Source: Octopus vulgaris (taxonomy: Eukaryota). Taken from it: a stretch of DNA of 64,000 nt. This document shows, one piece after another, positions 28,122 through 41,180 of this stretch. The stretch lies in the NCBI GenBank assembly GCA_951406725.2, contig OX597819.1, positions 97,960,001 to 98,024,000 of the forward strand. Reading direction: 5' to 3'. Each line of letters opens with the position of its first letter. The stretch's first letter is position 1. The notes beneath the pieces are model-generated. The model was given only the letters and a program-made list of their open reading frames with translations. It ran no database searches and was not told where the DNA came from. The translations under genes and the position numbers were made by a program.

Positions 28122-29587
28122 ATCGGTATATATATATACGTGTATGTGTGTGTTTGTGTGTGTGTATGCATGTGTGTGTGTGTGGGGGGGGGTATCTTTG
28201 TGTCTCTAGCTGTTCCCCTTCTCCCTCTTGACAACTGGTGCTAGATTTTACGTCTCCGTAACCTAGCGGTTTGGCAAAAGACACCGATAGAATAAGTAGC
28301 GGACTTAAAAAAGAAAGTACTCACCGCAATCTAATGACTGAAACAGGTAAAAGAAAAAAAGATCAACATATATATATTTATATGTGTATGTGTATGTATG
28401 TATGTATGTATGTATGTATGTATGTATGTATGTATGTGTGTATAAGAGAGACAGAATGAACAAGAAATACATATAGTGTCACTGTAAAAGCATTTAATTT
28501 ATAATTCAGACAATTGTAGAGTATTTATAGTAAGTAAAGGATTAAGAAATAATGCGTAAAGTCCATTAAAATTAATCACTAATTAAACTAAACTTTATAT
28601 ACTTCCTTTATCAGATTTTTTTTACTCAACCTGTTTACTCTTATTATTACATTAATTACTGTATCCACCTTATTTATTATCACTTTATTTATTTCATCTT
28701 TATATGTTATAGTTCACCCTATTCGAATCTACTGATGACTTAATATATTATTTATTCCCAATGAACAGACACTTGTATCAGAAACGTTAGCAAACCGGGC
28801 GAAATGCTTAGCGGTATTTCGTCTGTCTTTACGTTCTGAGTTCAAATTCCGCCGAGGTCGACTTTGCCTTTCATCCTTTCGGGGTCGATAAATTAAGTAC
28901 CAGTTGCATACTGGACCCCTCCCGAAAAGTTTCAGGCCTTATGCCTAGAGTTGAAAAGAATACTTTTATCCTTCTAAGGCGGTGAGTTGGCAGAAATACT
29001 TTTATCCTTCTAAGGCAGTGAGTTGGCAGAAACGTTAGCACGCCAGACGAAATGCTTAGCAGTATTTTATCTGTCTTTATGTTCTGAGTTCAAATTCCGC
29101 CGAGGTCGACTTTGCCTTTCATCCTTTCGGGGTCGACAAATTAAGTACCAGTTGCATACTGGAATCGATCGAATCGACTGGCCCCCTCCCCCGAAATTTC
29201 GGGCCTTGTACCTAGATGAGAAAAGAATATTTTTATCCTTCTATAGCTAACACCATTATAACTCCACCCCAACCACAGTCCATGCGAGATTCACTATGCT
29301 GATATGCTACTGTCTGAGGATTGAATCTATCTTGTTTACAACCCTATAACACTAATCCCTCACAAAATCCTACTCCTTTGGCTATCTGATCATCCTAGTC
29401 CACACTGGTCGTCGCCGGTACAGTAGGGTTCTTACCATTATGTACATGCATACGGTCTTTTTCGCTCCTTACCACTGAACCTCCCCTTCCCTACTAAGTA
29501 TCCCCTATTCCTTTATATGTATATGTGATACGTACGTGTGTGTATATATATGTACACACACACACACACACACACATATACATACAC

Positions 29588-29623
<36 letters not shown>

Positions 29624-30667
29624 GTGTATGTATTTATATATAACCTCTTAACTCCTAAGTTATATACGCCCTCATCATATCGGTTAGTTTTTATCTCCTC
29701 TCATGCATTTATAACACTACCTTTCCTTCACACTATCCTGTCCTCCTCGCAGGCCTTCCACTAAAAAATCTACATCACCTTATCTTCGAAGATGGAACCA
29801 GTAACTACTATTAACTTTTACCTAGGATATTCCTTGATCCTCCAACAATTTTCGTAATTTTTCTATCATGGAACTGCTAACCGCCATTATCTTTCACTAA
29901 GGATGTGCTTTAATTCTTCGATAAAATGGTAACTATTAATATTCTTTATTTAAGGATATTCCTTAAATCTTTCTCTCTGAAAGTGGAATAGTTTGCTTAT
30001 TTGCTTATTATAGTTTTGCTTATCATTTCTTAATCCCTTATTTAACTGTTCTGCCAGTATGCTTGAATTACAAATTACGTGCTCTGTAGAGATACAAAAT
30101 GTTTTACTTGTTCATTCTCACTGTGTAATTAATATATATCTACGCGCTCAATGATGAACCACTTAAAGCCATCTTTGCTAGGCAGCTTCACACCACCTTT
30201 GTTTCAGTTGCAGTTCAAGCTGGAATTGTAATGGTAAACCAGCCTGAGCACTTACAGTACATATCTATTACATCACCTCATTGGGGGAGGGATTTAAAAG
30301 ATATATGTGTGTATGCGTATTTGGGTGAGTGTAATAAGTACAAAGAAGGGTATATTAACTTTTTTACGAAATAATTTCTTGATTTCATGAAGTTATTTTC
30401 GCTAAGAAAGAAAGTAAACAAGCTCCTAGCGGCAACTGCAATCGAATTGCCGTTCTACCTTTGCTTACTTTCTTTCGAAGCATTTACCTTCTGTATTATT
30501 TAATAGACTTTCCTTTGTTCTAGTTATCGAAATTCATTCCATTGCCCTCTGTGCTATTTCTCATTACACACATACACACACACACACATGCACACGCATG
30601 TATTTATGTATGTATGTATACATCTATCTATATTATACATACATACATACATACATACATACATACA

Positions 30668-30703
<36 letters not shown>

Positions 30704-30774
30704 TGAATATAACATATGGTATTTAGCAGGTGCATATTGTACCCTGACTTTTAACAACAACAATAATAATAATG

Positions 30775-30899
<125 letters not shown>

Positions 30900-31077
30900 A
30901 ATAGTTTCATGTATGTGTGTCGGGACTCTTTGGTTCTGATAAGAGTCATTGCAGTATTATGCAAGCTATTTTAGGCTTAAATTTAAACAATAAGTAACGA
31001 TGAATTTTTGGTTTTATGATCACGTTTGCTTAACGAGGGACCAGCCATCATGAATTGTCTTGTATTATATATATATA

Positions 31078-31130
<53 letters not shown>

Positions 31131-32277
31131 GGCGGTGCCCCAGCATGGCCACAGCTCATTAGCTGAAACTGAAAATCAAAATCAAAATCATCAATATATA
31201 TATATATATATATATACATGAATGTATATATGAATATTTATGCATCTGTATTCGTGTAAGGATGAAAGTATATATGTATGTGTGAATGTGTATCGGTTAG
31301 TGAACGTTTGTGTTTACAAACGGATAAAATGTACTCAACGGAGGAAAAAGTATGCATTTTATTGGACACTACAGCTTCTTGAATAACATGTTGGGCTTCA
31401 TATTACTGATAATTCAAACAATGGAATTAAAGAAGCAGCGTGACACTGTATAAGTAAAAATATATTCCCCAAACATTGAGAAATACGGAGTCAGCAGTGC
31501 ACCGAATGCTAATTGTTTGCTGGAAAACAAATGTAGAAAATATACTGTCTATTAATCTTGAGAATGTGATACTTTCGTTCATTCTCATGCACAAGCGCGG
31601 AACATATTCATTTCTTGAACATCCTGTGCATAAAACGCAAGTAAGCAGCAATTGTTGATCAAGTTGATTAAGTTTTGATGAGTAAATCTGTCTTTTTTAA
31701 AAAAATTAGATAAACATTTTTTAGTAAAGAGCAAATCCATTTTGACGGGAAATAAACGAATTTACACAGTTGTTAACTGGAAATTCCAAAACAATTAGCA
31801 ATGGAATCATCCAATTGTTTGTTGTCCAAAACTTATATGTCTTACATCACGAGAGGAACTAAATCTAAGTCCAAAATTGAAAAAAGCTGTAATAAAATAC
31901 TATATTTCCTCTGAGTGACAGAAATCACCTTCTAGAACTCGCACTATAGTGATGTGTGTATTTTATATCGGATGGACCTATATTTTAATAGTCAATGCTA
32001 ACATCCTGTAAGTTCCACATATACCTGCATAGGGACGTGTTAAAGTGTTTGTCCTGAGTGTTTGAATGTTTGTACGTACGGCAGAGCTTTTAAATAGAGT
32101 TTCAAGCAGGCTTATATGCCTTCTGTTTCTTTATTATCTGCTAGGGATATACTTAGATATTTCTAACAGATTACAAAAATACCATTGAATGTCTCAGTTC
32201 GATTATACATCCGCACTTGTCGTCACAAAGCTGCCATTACCAAGACAACTGAAAAAGCAACATTTACTATTCTCCTG

Positions 32278-32600
32278 CCATCACCATCACCATCACCACC
32301 ACCACCACCACCACCACCACCACCACCACCACCACCACCACAACCACCACCACCACAACCACCACCACCACAACCACCACCACCACCACCATCACCACCA
32401 CTACAACCATCACCACTACCAGCACCACCACCAACAACAATACCGATGCTTAACACTAACACCAACATATCTAATACATCATCAACTCCATTACTACCAA
32501 CACCACTACGACAACCACCATCACGATAGCTACGATCACTACCACTATTACTACCAGCAATACCACTAATATTAACACAAACACCAACACCGCCGCCACC
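32278..32600. repeat. (ACC)n/(CAC)n-rich trinucleotide tract
   Basis: Direct reading. It produces the spurious poly-Pro, poly-His and poly-Gly ORFs. Confidence 0.9.
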
Positions 32601-33165
32601 ATCACTCCCCCTCATACCATGACCACAATAACTTTCAGAGCCACTTGAAACACAATCATCACCACCACTAGCCCACCTTGTACAACACTGACATCACGGA
32701 CAAAGCTCAAACCTTCGACAGCTATCTTATAGATATAAACTGCACGAGCTGCTATGTAATCGTTTGACCTGTTAGAAACAGTAGTCATATCTCCCTGAAA
32801 TTACACCGCTACTGCTTTTAAAAAAGGATAAATTAGATTAAAAAAAGTAATAAGGATAAAAGAAAGATAAGAAAAGATATAAAAAGCATTAAAAAGGATA
32901 CATTAGATAATATAGTCCAAGATACACTTTGGAAAACGACCTGACTTACCATAGTGAGATTTAGAGAGGAGTTAGTGAAGCTATTTATGCTGAAGCTAAT
33001 TTTTACTATCTATCTCTCTCTCTTTCTCCCTCTCCTTTTCTCTCTCTTGGTCTGTGTGCCTGTTTGTCTGTCTGTTTATACGTATGTGCATATGTGTGTG
33101 TGTGTGCATGCTTCTTATGCTTACTCTGACCGAGACAACCATTAGGATATTTTAGCAGCAGCAGC

Positions 33166-33242
<77 letters not shown>

Positions 33243-33640
33243 CTGTTGTTGTTGTTGCTGCTGCTGCTGTTATTGCTGTTTTTGTAGTTGCTTAGCCCCA
33301 AGTCAAACCGGTCAGCTCTGTTCAAAGGCCTTCTAGGCTTGAGTGTGTCCACATATCCCGCCGCAGTGGAGACAGACGAAGTAGATTTAGAGCGCAAAAT
33401 TTGTTGTTTCTCTTGGCGGTATATATAAACAGACTGGACAGTGGACAGAATGCAATGTGTGCAGATTATCGCGCTACGTCCCAGACTGCATCCTCCCCTC
33501 CTCCATACGACCCCCTTTACAACATGCAGCAGTGTGCAATATTGCTCTCATGATGTAACCAAGAAGATGAACATGTGATCTATAACCTAGCATTCGATTG
33601 ACTAGCTAGGATGGAAATTTTGTGCTATGTAGCTCTAGAT

Positions 33641-33978
33641 CAGTGGTTCTCAATAGGGGTTCATATGGACCCCATGAGGGCCTATATAAGGTTTTGCGGG
33701 GCCTACGCAAGCAAAATAGTAAACTGGAAACCCAAAGTATTATTTTAAGGTATCATGAAAAAGTTTTACTTTGGCTGTATTAATTGCAAGAAATAACTAG
33801 ATTTCTTTCTCAAACATTTTTTCATAGTTCAACCTAATGTGTGAAAAGGAAAATATAATTTTGAAAGTATCTATAAAACTAATTTATAAATACCGAATGG
33901 TTATAGGGGTCCACCAGAATAAAAATAGTAATCAAAGTGAGCCATAGATATAAAAAAAAATGTGGTTGAGAAACCCTG
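33641..33978. mobile_element. hAT (Charlie-like) MITE
   Basis: TIR CAGTGGTTCTCAA / TTGAGAAACCCTG. Perfect 8-bp TSD ctctagat. Confidence 0.9.
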
Positions 33979-34234
33979 CTCTAGATACACAAAAAAAAAA
34001 GCGTGACGGAATGGTCAAGGCTGGATTGCCTGTGGCCATCGATTTACTTTGTTAGAATTGACCAGGGGCTAAACAACATCATGCAATGCAATAGAATGCC
34101 CCATTAAGCGGTAGTAAAAAGCTTGCTTCCAAACCACAGGATTCTGGGCACGTCCCACTGCGTGACATCTTCGGCAGGGTCGAGCAAAGCCTTGGTTAGT
34201 GAATTTGGTAGACGGAAACTGAAAGAAGCCTGTC

Positions 34235-34303
<69 letters not shown>

Positions 34304-34464
34304 AGTGTATGTGACTTTGTGACTGTATATGCCTAGCTTCCATATACAAAATAAATAGATGGGATGATCACGGCTCGGTCTGATGGACAAGTGCTAGCCT
34401 GCGGTTAAACAACAGTAACAGTTGCTACACACCATGATGTAGATTACTGAATGTATTCAGTATA

Positions 34465-34683
34465 GAGTATATCTGGTGTATAAGACGCACTCCTTTTTTT
34501 TTTCATATTCTTAAACGTAATAAAAAAAAATTGCTATGTGTCTAATGCGAACGTATAACCGATGGGTATGAGTGTATGACGAAACGTTTCTGTTTTTTTT
34601 ATTGCAAAATGTACATTTTTTCCGCAAAAAAGGTAGGAATTTGTCCTATGCGAGAGTGCATCTTGTACACCAGCAAATTACGG
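34465..34683. mobile_element. Degenerate pogo/Tc2-like MITE
   Basis: ctggtgtataagacgcac pairs with gtgcatcttgtacaccag, and the element ends in TACGGTA. Confidence 0.5.
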
Positions 34684-34904
34684 TACTCTTAGCTAGAAGA
34701 GAGTGTGTCAAACTGGAACAACAGTTATGTCGATCTCACCTCGTGTTTCGATCGCTACCCACCCAATATAGGTCTGATGGATCAAGGTAGACCCAGAGCT
34801 AAACAACAACAGCAATAACACTTGCTATCAAAATTTATACGCCACTCTTAACTACAGTGTTAGTTTTTTTTTTTTTTTTATTTAAGTAGGCTGGCAAATA
34901 GTGT

Positions 34905-35375
34905 ATAAAGCCTTGAAACTCTACTCTCTCCAGCGCCGCCGCGAGCGGTACATCATTTGTACGATGTGGAGAATATACCGCCAACTTTGCCCAAACGACC
35001 TGAACATTAGTTTCAAGGTTCATCCAAGGCTGGGACCACAGGCCATACGTCCCCTGCCCAATTCAGGATCACAGTATATAGGTACACTGCAACATAACTT
35101 CTTTTCCTTAACAGGCTCTGCCCTGTTTAACATTGTCCCGAAAGAGATCAAAGAGGAAAAGGATCCCATCAACTTTAAACATAGTCTGGACAGATTTCTT
35201 CAAGGAATACCGGATAAGCTACCCATACCTGGATACAACTCACTCAACAAGAACTCACTACTTGAATGGACCATAAACAAAACTTGACTTAAACAGGATT
35301 TCGATAATCCTATCAGGTAGTGCAATTAAGTTAGACATGGCCTGGACCAAACTTTGGTCGAAACATATTTAAGTT
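34905..35375 (+). mobile_element. CR1-group LINE 3' end (ORF2 C-terminus plus 3' UTR)
   Basis: KALKLYSLQRRRERY...LFNIVPKEI...FKHSLDRFLQGIPD...NSLLEW, followed by a short 3' UTR stem-loop and a microsatellite. Confidence 0.8.
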
Positions 35376-35383
35376 ATATATAT

Positions 35384-35445
<62 letters not shown>

Positions 35446-36023
35446 CGTATATATAACACACGTTAAGTGCATCTCATGTATATATATATGTCGTGTATTA
35501 TATAAACAACTGTATGTTGATGTATAAACAGTGGTGGAATATGAAGTCTACAGAGATGGTTTATCTATGTATGTATGTATGTATGTATGTATGTATGTAT
35601 GTATGTATGTATGTATGTATGTATGTATGTATGTATGTATGTATGTATGTATGTATGTATGTATGTATGTATCTATCTATCTATCTATCTATCCATCCAT
35701 CTATCTATCTATTTCTCTATCTACCTACCTACAGTCTGTCTATTTATCTATTCGTCTGTGTACGCATATCTATGTATATGTGTGTGTGGATGTGTGTGTG
35801 TGTGTTAAGGCTGGGTGAGTGTGTACACTGAGCTGTGTCTATGAGATCAAGTTTTAATTGAATGCATGCATGTTTGGCGTGTATATATGTATGTATACAC
35901 AGAAATAGGGAGCGAGAGGGATGGGACGAGAGAGGAGAGGAAAATGTAGAATACGATAGAGATAAGAGGTGAGAGACACATGTAGGTAGATGATAAACAA
36001 ACAGATATACAGGCAAGCGAATC

Positions 36024-36075
<52 letters not shown>

Positions 36076-36468
36076 TGCACGTATGTATATATGTCGATAG
36101 ATAGGTAAGTTGATATATGGAATTAGATGTACAGATAGTTGGTGGTAGAGCTACCCTTGGTAACAAAACAACAGACACAATATTGGGCATGTGAGGTAAT
36201 GGTGCATGAAATTTGACAGAAACAGCTTGGTAAAGGGGATATAGGGGTAGGCGGTTTGGGAGATATGGTAAGGGTATTGTTATAGGTTACTGAATGGTAG
36301 TGGTGGTGGTTGTGGTGGGTAGGGGTCAGAAAGGGTGAAGTTAAGGGTGTAGGTCTTTATGTCAGGATCAATGTTTATGTGGTTTTCATAACGATAGGAA
36401 ATCATGCTCATACATTCACACATGCACGCTTAATTAGATGTGTATGTTTGTCATTGTGTGTGTGTGTG

Positions 36469-36518
<50 letters not shown>

Positions 36519-36657
36519 CAGTGTATATTGGAAACAGTTAATGATTCACTTTCCATTGTTACTCGGTTTCATACACGCACTCACACAAACACAAACACAC
36601 ACACACACACACGTGAGCGCGAGCGCACACAAACACGCATGCACACACGCACACACA

Positions 36658-36703
<46 letters not shown>

Positions 36704-36915
36704 ACGACGCACACGAAAACACACGCAACTGTTTCCCACTAAATATAAACTAATCTATGCTTTGTTTTTTCTGTTTGTATATGTGTGTGTGTGTGGGTGG
36801 GTGTATACATATATATACATATATATGTGTGTGTATGTGAGTGTGAGTGTGTATAGATAGATAGAGATATAGATATATACACATCCATACATATATGGGT
36901 GTGTCTGTGTGTCTG

Positions 36916-36984
<69 letters not shown>

Positions 36985-36989
<5 letters not shown>

Positions 36990-37729
36990 GTGTGACCAAT
37001 AAGTATCCAGACTATTGTCATAGTAACGAAGCCTCTTGGCATAGAATGACCTTGAACTCTGCTGTGCAGAGTTTTAACGTTCTAGCTCACGTCCACTGTT
37101 TACAACAGTGCTTGGAAGGAAGGTGTGAAGCGTATGATCATTGCATTGACCATGACAGAGAAAGTTGTCATGGCGATATCTGCTCAGAAGCCTATGCAAG
37201 GTTGCAGAAATTATATGGAGAAGGGTGTATGAGCGGCACACATGTGTACGGGTGGTACAGACGTTTCCAAGATGGCCGAAAAAGTTTCGATATTGACAAA
37301 ACGCTCTTGGAGACCCGCAACAAGCAGAACTGCGGAAAACATCGCAGCTGTGTGGGGAAATCGTCGAATCACCATCCCTGAGTTATCAGAGGATTTGCAG
37401 ATTAGTTACGATTCAGTTCTGTCCATTATCACTGAAGATTCGGGTATGAGACGCGTGTCTGCCAAGTTTGTAACTAAACTGCTTTCAGCTGACCAAAAAG
37501 ACACGCGGGTTTCAGTTGCACAAGATCTTCTTGATTGTGTCGAGAACGATGAAAACTTTTTGAAAACTTTGCGTAAGCCTCTAAGCAGGTATCGCCAAGC
37601 TTTTGGCAAAATTTGATGCAGATTCTCAGCTCAACTTTCTCTGTCATGATTAATGCGACGATCACACGCTTCACACCTTACTTCCAGACACTGCTGTAAA
37701 CAGCGGATGTGAGCTAGAACGTTAAAACT
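36985..37729 (+). mobile_element. Mariner-derived element with N-terminal transposase, whose 3' end is replaced by an inverted copy of the 5' end
   Basis: LQKLYGEGCMSGTHVYGWYRRFQDGR..RPATSRT..NRRITI..GMRRVSAKFVTKLL on +. The inverted [18 protein letters not shown] is on -. 37070-37167 pairs with 37632-37729. Confidence 0.85.
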
Positions 37730-37793
37730 TATTGCGCATATATACGTACATACACACATACATACATGCATGCATACATACATACATACATTC

Positions 37794-37828
<35 letters not shown>

Positions 37829-37881
37829 GATACACATGCATACCCACACACATATATACATACGTATATATATATACATAC

Positions 37882-37940
<59 letters not shown>

Positions 37941-37944
37941 ATAT

Positions 37945-37997
37945 AGTTAGACATGGCCTGGGCCAATAATGGCCGAAACCTATCAAAGTATCAAAGT
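37945..37997 (+). mobile_element. Extreme 3' tip of the CR1-group LINE with a (tatcaaag)n tail
   Basis: agttagacatggcctgggccaataatggccgaaacctatcaaagtatcaaagta. Confidence 0.6.
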
Positions 37998-38053
37998 ATA
38001 TATATATATATATATATACATATACATACAAACATACATACATCTATATATGT

Positions 38054-38112
<59 letters not shown>

Positions 38113-38475
38113 GCGTGGTTGTAAAATGCATGCACCCCAACCACATGCTTCCGTGTTAAGTCACGCTGCATGTCACCTTGCTCATGTGTCTTCTGCTATA
38201 GCCTAGGGCCGACCAAAGCATTGTGAGTAGATTTGATAGACAGAAACTGAAGGCAGTCCATCACATACGTGTGTGTCTCTCTGAACCTGTGTTTGTCCCC
38301 ACTACCGCTGGATAACCGATATTGGTAAGTTTACGTTCCTGTAAGTTAGCGGTTCACCAAAGATATCGATAAAATAAGTACCAGGTTATAAAGAAGAATA
38401 ATAAGCACTAAATCCTTCAATAAGACGGAGCCATGTGGTTGGAAAGCAAAATTCTTACCACACAGATATGCTTGA

Positions 38476-38522
<47 letters not shown>

Positions 38523-38777
38523 AGATATATACTGACACACATACACATATATATGTGTGTGAGCGTCGTTAGCCTGTGTTTGGCAATATATTTGGAGCAT
38601 TGCTATTTATCCGGTTCCCCTTCGTGTCGCTAACCCTTACTTTTCATATAAGGGACATCTTGTATCTTATTGTATACATGTTCGATGGTACGAAGCCAGG
38701 AAGCGACTCGTTGACATGTGATATGAGAGCAGCATGAACGATTTTCTGAGATGCACAACTGTAATCTGATAACGCGA

Positions 38778-38809
<32 letters not shown>

Positions 38810-39149
38810 GGCGAGTTTCTGTCTCTGTCAATGAAATCCATTCACATGCTCTGGAACTATAGCTGAAAGCATTTGTCCAAGAGAGCAGTGGGACTGTACC
38901 GAAAGCAACCTAGTTGGGGAGTGAAATTCTGAACAATACACTCTCACATATATATCTGACATGTACTTTTTTCGCAAGTGCGTTGGTGTCAAATTGTTGA
39001 CAACTGAAAAATCTAGAAAGTCCTTTAAAACATCTCATATATCAGTACAGTAATTTTATTTTGTGGTAGTGCGTCACACAATGACTTCTAGACAAATTTC
39101 ACTGTACTTCCAATACTTTGTAACTGCATCTATATATCTTCTCTTTCTA

Positions 39150-39456
39150 TTTGAATTAAGTTCTTTCTCTGAGGAAAGTGATTGTTTCTAACAGCGATAG
39201 AAACATCGTTGGGATGTAGATAATGAAAACGATGTCAATTTTGAACTTGAGAAAATTCTTGCATACTTTTATTGTTCCACTTACAAATTGTATTTTTAAT
39301 GTGCAAGTTAGTTGGCTGATTTCTTTTCCTCAAAATCTAAGTTTATCCAGATTAACAGTTGGGCATTTACTCACAAAATCAAGTGCACCAGTTACGATTG
39401 CTGTAAATGTACATTTCTAACCTCGATAAAGAAGCTGGCAGTTTCGAGGCAGTTGT
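39150..39456 (-). mobile_element. Short 3' fragment of an R4/Dong-like LINE
   Basis: Homologous to 22860-23070 (encodes GTIKVCKNFLKF). The 5' junction falls directly on (TATG)n at about 39456. Confidence 0.7.
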
Positions 39457-39863
39457 ATGTATGTATGTATGTATGTATGTATGTATGTATGTATGTATGT
39501 ATGTATGTATGTATGTATGTATGTATGCATGTATGCATGCATGCATGTATGTATGTACGTATGTATGTATGTATGTATGTATGTATGTATGTATGTATTC
39601 GTACTCATCTACATACGCTCGTGAGCATATATATTTGAGTATTTACATAGCATATTGATCGGTCACTGTGGCGCAGAATCAGAAATGATTCGAGGAACTA
39701 AAAGAGAAGGGCTGCACAGAAAGCAGGAGTCTTACCATGTCCTGGTTTTACAGCTACATGCTCCACTATAGTCATGGATTTTGTATGCTAATATTGGCCT
39801 AGTAAGCAACCTCAGGATACTCAAAGAGTAAATCTGCTACAAAGAAGGACGAATGTCATGTGT

Positions 39864-39944
<81 letters not shown>

Positions 39945-40269
39945 CGTGTGTGTGTGTGTGTATGCATGTCCGTTCGAACGGACAGCCATGATACAGTGGC
40001 TACGAACATTACTTGTTAGTTCAACTACTGCGTTGATATCTTAGAGATATTTTAGAACTAGCATTATTGCAAAATCAGAGACTGTATGTCGTTTGAAATC
40101 ATATTTTTTGTGAGCAGAAGCGAACTACTGCCATCTCTACCAGACTCGTCTTTACATGTGTTATTGTGTTTGATTTCGCTCCTATGTAAGTTATTGTTTT
40201 ATCACGTGAATTACTGAATTGTTGACTATTGTGATTATTTGTGTTTCTGAAAATTTTATTTGTCATCCC

Positions 40270-41180
40270 CATTTATGGGTGAAGCTGTGAAGAACGGTAT
40301 TATGAATACACAAGTACTAACAGGCAGTTATGCTGCGGTGACGGGCAAAAGTCTGTCAGCGAAGCTACTGCAGATACGTGAATTGTCAAAGGGACTTCAA
40401 GAAGTATAACACCTTATTGAAGGAGGAGGGAGAATGTCTAAGGCTGACACCCCCGAAAGAAGTGACTGAGAGTGCAGAAAGGAAAACCATCACGTATAGA
40501 ACTTGAATATAGCAACAAAGAAGGTGGAGATAGCAGCCGTAGAAGCGGTCGAGGAATGCTTAAAAGAGATAAAGGAGATAACTACGTTCTACACCAGAGG
40601 ACGAAAGTTCGGGGCGGTGGAGGTAGGCTTCAATCAATGAGAACGAAGCTAAGAAATACTCCACCGTAGCCTTGAAATCGGCGGAATGGGCACTGTTACC
40701 TACTTACTGTGGTAAGCGTGCGGCCAGAGTAAGGATAGGGAGAGTGCCTCCTGAAATTGACGAGGCGTGGCTTGTGGTAGCCATCCTCTACAATACAGAA
40801 GAAATGTCGAAGACTGCGGAGGTGAATTAGTGGGGATATGGGATAGAGGTAATGGTACATATCAGCTTACCAGACCTCCATAAGATTGTTGAAGAGCTCG
40901 TTTTACCAGACGAAACCATACTGAGAATTATAGTGTAAGGTAGACCTCCAATATGTTTTGCAAGTGGAATAAGGGATCACATGAAAGCCAAGTGTCCCCA
41001 GAAACACGAAAAGGAGGAGGCGGAGAAGGAGAGTTGGGAAGAAGACATTGTAACGACAGAGGAGGAAAAGGAGTTTACAGTGGTAGAAAGGAAGAGAAAA
41101 AACAGCGAATCTCTACCAAAAAAGAAAAGGAAGGAAGAAGAAAATAAGAACGAAAAAAGAAATATATTCACCTCTGGATG
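40270..41180 (+). mobile_element. Decayed LINE ORF1 (L1/Tx1-like) with zinc-knuckle remnant
   Basis: LLPTYCGKRAARVRIGRVPPEIDEAWL and IIV*GRPPICFASGIRDHMKAKCP (CX2CX4HX4C-like), followed by a charged tail. Stops are present. Confidence 0.55.

Noticed and set aside
28955-29245. CRISPR-like repeat-spacer pattern
   Set aside because: The context is eukaryotic, the intervening sequences are SINE pieces of very unequal length, and no cas genes are present.
32185-32615. Poly-Pro, poly-His and poly-Gly ORFs
   Set aside because: They derive from an (ACC)n tract that is open in several frames, with no splice or domain support.
35335-35370. Hammerhead at the CR1 3' end (hairpin followed by GAAAC)
   Set aside because: No CUGANGA in any of three copies. 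It is better explained as the LINE 3' recognition stem-loop.
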